Source of the DNA: Chlorokybus atmophyticus
Lineage: Eukaryota; Plantae; Mesostigma and Chlorokybus algae
Assembly (NCBI GenBank): GCA_009103225.1
Contig: RHPI01003169.1
Coordinates: forward strand, 62,001 to 126,000
Reading direction: 5' to 3'
DNA: 64,000 nucleotides
In this document: positions 61,083 through 64,000 of the stretch, in pieces
Position numbering within the stretch: position 1 is the stretch's first letter
Layout of the letters: the number at the start of each line of letters is the position of its first letter
Notes under the pieces: generated by a model
The model's database searches: none
The model's input: the letters and a program-made list of their open reading frames with translations, nothing else
What the model was told of the DNA's origin: nothing
Made by a program: the position numbers and the translations under genes

Positions 61083-64000
61083 TGTAACAGTCAAGGCCGA
61101 ATTCTGTGATTTTCATTGCCGTTTTAGGCCTTATTTGTAAGGTACATGTTTTTAATGACTTGTGGCGGATATCGGCGAGTTATGAGTCTGCCGCGGATAT
61201 CGACCGGGGCCCCAAGACCAGTCCGGAAGGTGCCAGAAAACGGAGGGCCAGTCGAGAAGGGCTCGACCAGATTTTTGGAAGGGCCTGGCGCCAAGTAGTA
61301 TAACTTGACCAAATGAGCAGCAAATTAGGAGATCTTTGGTGCGTTGGAAAGGTCTAGAAGTGTACTACAAGATTCTGCAAGAATATCTTAGCTTCTAGTT
61401 CCGTCTAGCGCTAGAATCGTCTAGACAGTAGCATGTGCAGACTGGTAGGTATAAAAGTGACATTCTACAACTTGCAATACAACCTTTAGCTCCCTAGTTT
61501 CTTGTGTGCAAGCTTGGTGGTGGTTAGCAGGGGTTGCTAGCGTGTGCCCAGCGGTGTGTGCTTGCTTGTGTGACGATCCAAGGCGATACACAAGTCGGTG
61601 TGTAGCTTCGAGCGCATGCGCGTGCGTACGCGAGTGGCGGGGCGTGCGTGTGTGCTTGGCAGAGGGGGCAAGGTTCCGGTGTGAATACCGTGTCTTGGTG
61701 AGAGGGTTGTGGATTGGACCAACTCACAGGTGACAAGGCACGAGCACCGTCACAACTGGTATCGGAGCACAGTTTACGAAGGTGAGAGAGAAAGTGTGTG
61801 GGCGTTTACACTTTTCATCCGGAAGCGGAGTGTAGTGTGTTAGTAGAGATGGAGGATGCTCGCATGGAAGAGCTTCAAGCTGCCATCTTGGCACTGAGGG
61901 AAGAGCTTCATCACACTCTAGCTGTAACAGTCAAGGCCAAATTCTGTGATTTTCATGGCCGTTTTAGGTCCTATTTGTAAGGTACATGTTTTAATGACTT
62001 GTGGCGGATATCGGCGAGTTATGAGTCTGCCGCGGATATCGACCGGGGCCCCAAGACCAGTCCGGAAGGTGCCAGAAAACGGAGGGCCAGTCGAGAAGGG
62101 CTCGACCAGATTTCTGGAAGGGCCTAGCGCCAAGTAGTATAACTTGACCATATGAGCAGCAAATTAGGAGATCTTTGGTGCGTTGGAAAGGTCTAGAAGT
62201 GTACTACAAGATTCTGCAAGAATATCTTAGCTTCTAGTTTCGTCTAGCGCTAGAATCGTCTAGACAGTAGCATGTGCAGACTGGTAGGTATAAAAGTGAC
62301 ATTCTACAATTTGCAATACAACCTTTAGCTCCCTAGTTTCTGGTGTGCAAGCTTGGTGGTGGTTAGCAGGGGTTGCTAGCGTGTGCCCACCGGTGTGTGC
62401 TTGCTTGTGTGACGATCCAAGGCGCTACACAAATCGGTGTGTAGCTTCGAGCGCATGCGCGTGCGTACGCGAGTGGCGGGGCGCGCGTGTGTGCTTGGCA
62501 GAGGGGGCAAGGTTCCGGTGTGAATACCGTGTCTTGGTGAGAGGGTTGTGGATTGGACCAACTCACAGGTGACAAGGCACGAGCACCGTCACAAATGGTA
62601 TCGGAGCACGGTTTACGAAGGTGAGAGAGGAAGTGTGTGGGCGTTTACACTTTTCATTCGGAAGCGGAGTGTAGTGTGTTAGTGGAGATGGAGGATGCTC
62701 GCATGGAAGAGCTTCAAGCTGCCATCTTGGCACTGAGGGAAGAGCTTCATCACACTCAAGCGGCGGCACAAGCACAACGCGAGGCGTATGAGCATGCGAT
62801 GGCGCGTGTACAAATTCCCATGGCATCAAGCTCGCGCGTGCATGTGAAGGTGCCAAAGCCCAAGCCATTCAAGGGTCAACGTGATGGAGATGCAGTGGAT
62901 GAATGGATCTTTCAAGTATCGTCTTGGTTGAAGCTCACGGAGGTGCCCACGCATCTGCACGCGGAGGTTGCAGCGACATTGCTTGAAGGTGCAGCACTTG
63001 TGTGGTGGAGGCATCGATGTACGCGAGTTGCAAACGGGTTGGCGCTACCATTGACCACCATGGAAGAGTTGGCACTGGAGGTCAGGCATCAATTTGTTCC
63101 CGTTGAGAGCGTGAAGGCCGCACGCGACAAACTTGCAGCCCTTGTGCAAATGGGGTCGGTGATGGCGTACACGGCCGCGTTTCAGCGATTGGTGATGTCC
63201 ATACCCAATATGACCGAGGAGGAGCAGTTGGACAGGTATACACGTGGTTTAAAACCTTTGGGGCGTAAAGAAGTGGAGCTACGGGACCCGAAGACACTCG
63301 CGGAGGCTATACGCATCGCGGAGCGTCTCGACGCGTTGTACTTCAAGTCCACCACAAGAAACACTGACTGGAGGCAAAGGCATGGTGATCAGCCCCGGGG
63401 AGGCTTTCAACATGCATGGAGACGAGGAGAACCAAGTTCAGCACTTGCCAATGGAGGTGGAGCTGACTCTGGGCCTGCACCAATGGAGGTGGGTGCCATA
63501 CACACACAGGGAAGTGGGGCGAAGCACGGCTGACGTGGTGAAAGAGGTAAAGGTGTGCGCAAGTGTTATGCGTGTGGGTCGACGGAGCATTTGGCGTACG
63601 GATGCCCCAAACGAAGCACGCAAAGGCCAACACCGGATGGCAACCCTCGCCGTGATCGTCGCGTCAACACCATGGAGCAAAATGGCGTGGAGCAGGAAAA
63701 CGACTTCCCCCAGTAGGTGAGGAGGCTACTGCTGGGGATAGGAAGGAGCCTCATGCACGGACGGATGCTGTGACATTTCCATTAAAGAAGCAAGAGGAGA
63801 TGGCTTTGAACGCGCCAATGGTGGTGAGTTATGCAAACGAGGAGACAACAAAGTACTTCGGGCTTCGAGCACACATTTGCGATGACCAAGGACGATGGAG
63901 AGAGTGTAAGCTCATGATTGATAGCGGTGCCAACAGCAACTTCATGAGTATTGATATCGCGCGGCGTTACGGTTGGCTTTCGTCATTACGAGGAGGTGAA
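61083..64000 (+). mobile_element. 5' part of a conventional Ty3/gypsy element with duplicated LTR-PBS-gag start (LTRs 61083-61754 and 61923-62593)
   Basis: tgtaacag..cgtcaca repeats, each followed by PBS tggtatcggagc. Confidence 0.92.
62688..63717 (+). pseudogene. Gag with zinc knuckle and internal stop at 63531-63533; protease start (LMIDSGAN) at ~63912
   Basis: PKPKPFKG..VDEWIFQ, LLEGAALVWW, YTRGLKP, PAPMEVG, CYACGSTEHLAYGC. Confidence 0.88.

Noticed and set aside
63700-63720. ggaaaac as a gag-pol frameshift site
   Set aside because: Plausible, but the copy is mutated and truncated by the window edge, so frames cannot be verified.

Overview
Eukaryotic nuclear DNA from a photosynthetic green-lineage organism: short GT-AG introns, a plastid-targeted CCB1 gene and plant-type promoter motifs. 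The species cannot be determined from the sequence. 1-24.7 kb is a nest of mobile elements. It holds two diverged copies of an unusual Ty3/gypsy retrotransposon whose polyprotein reads Gag/zinc knuckles - large unknown domain - protease - C5 cytosine methyltransferase - RT - RNase H - integrase - PHD finger. The younger copy (1775-13073, TG..CA ends, 4-bp TSD TAGT) has split terminal repeats arranged B-internal-A-B-A instead of two equal LTRs. It also has a tRNA-independent self-priming site supported by compensatory base changes between the copies. It sits inside a CACTA-like element that interrupts the older copy, and it carries a TRIM in its RNase H. 26-54 kb is host genes (EBP2, NUP98/96, a small coiled-coil protein, CCB1, SAP18, Rpp14-like, NEMP-like) interspersed with Penelope-like, LINE and TRIM remnants. 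55.7-64 kb holds a decayed DIRS/PAT-type element with its recombinase on the opposite strand, a third TRIM, and the duplicated 5' end of a conventional Ty3/gypsy element. All alignments were done by eye, so boundaries of decayed elements are approximate.
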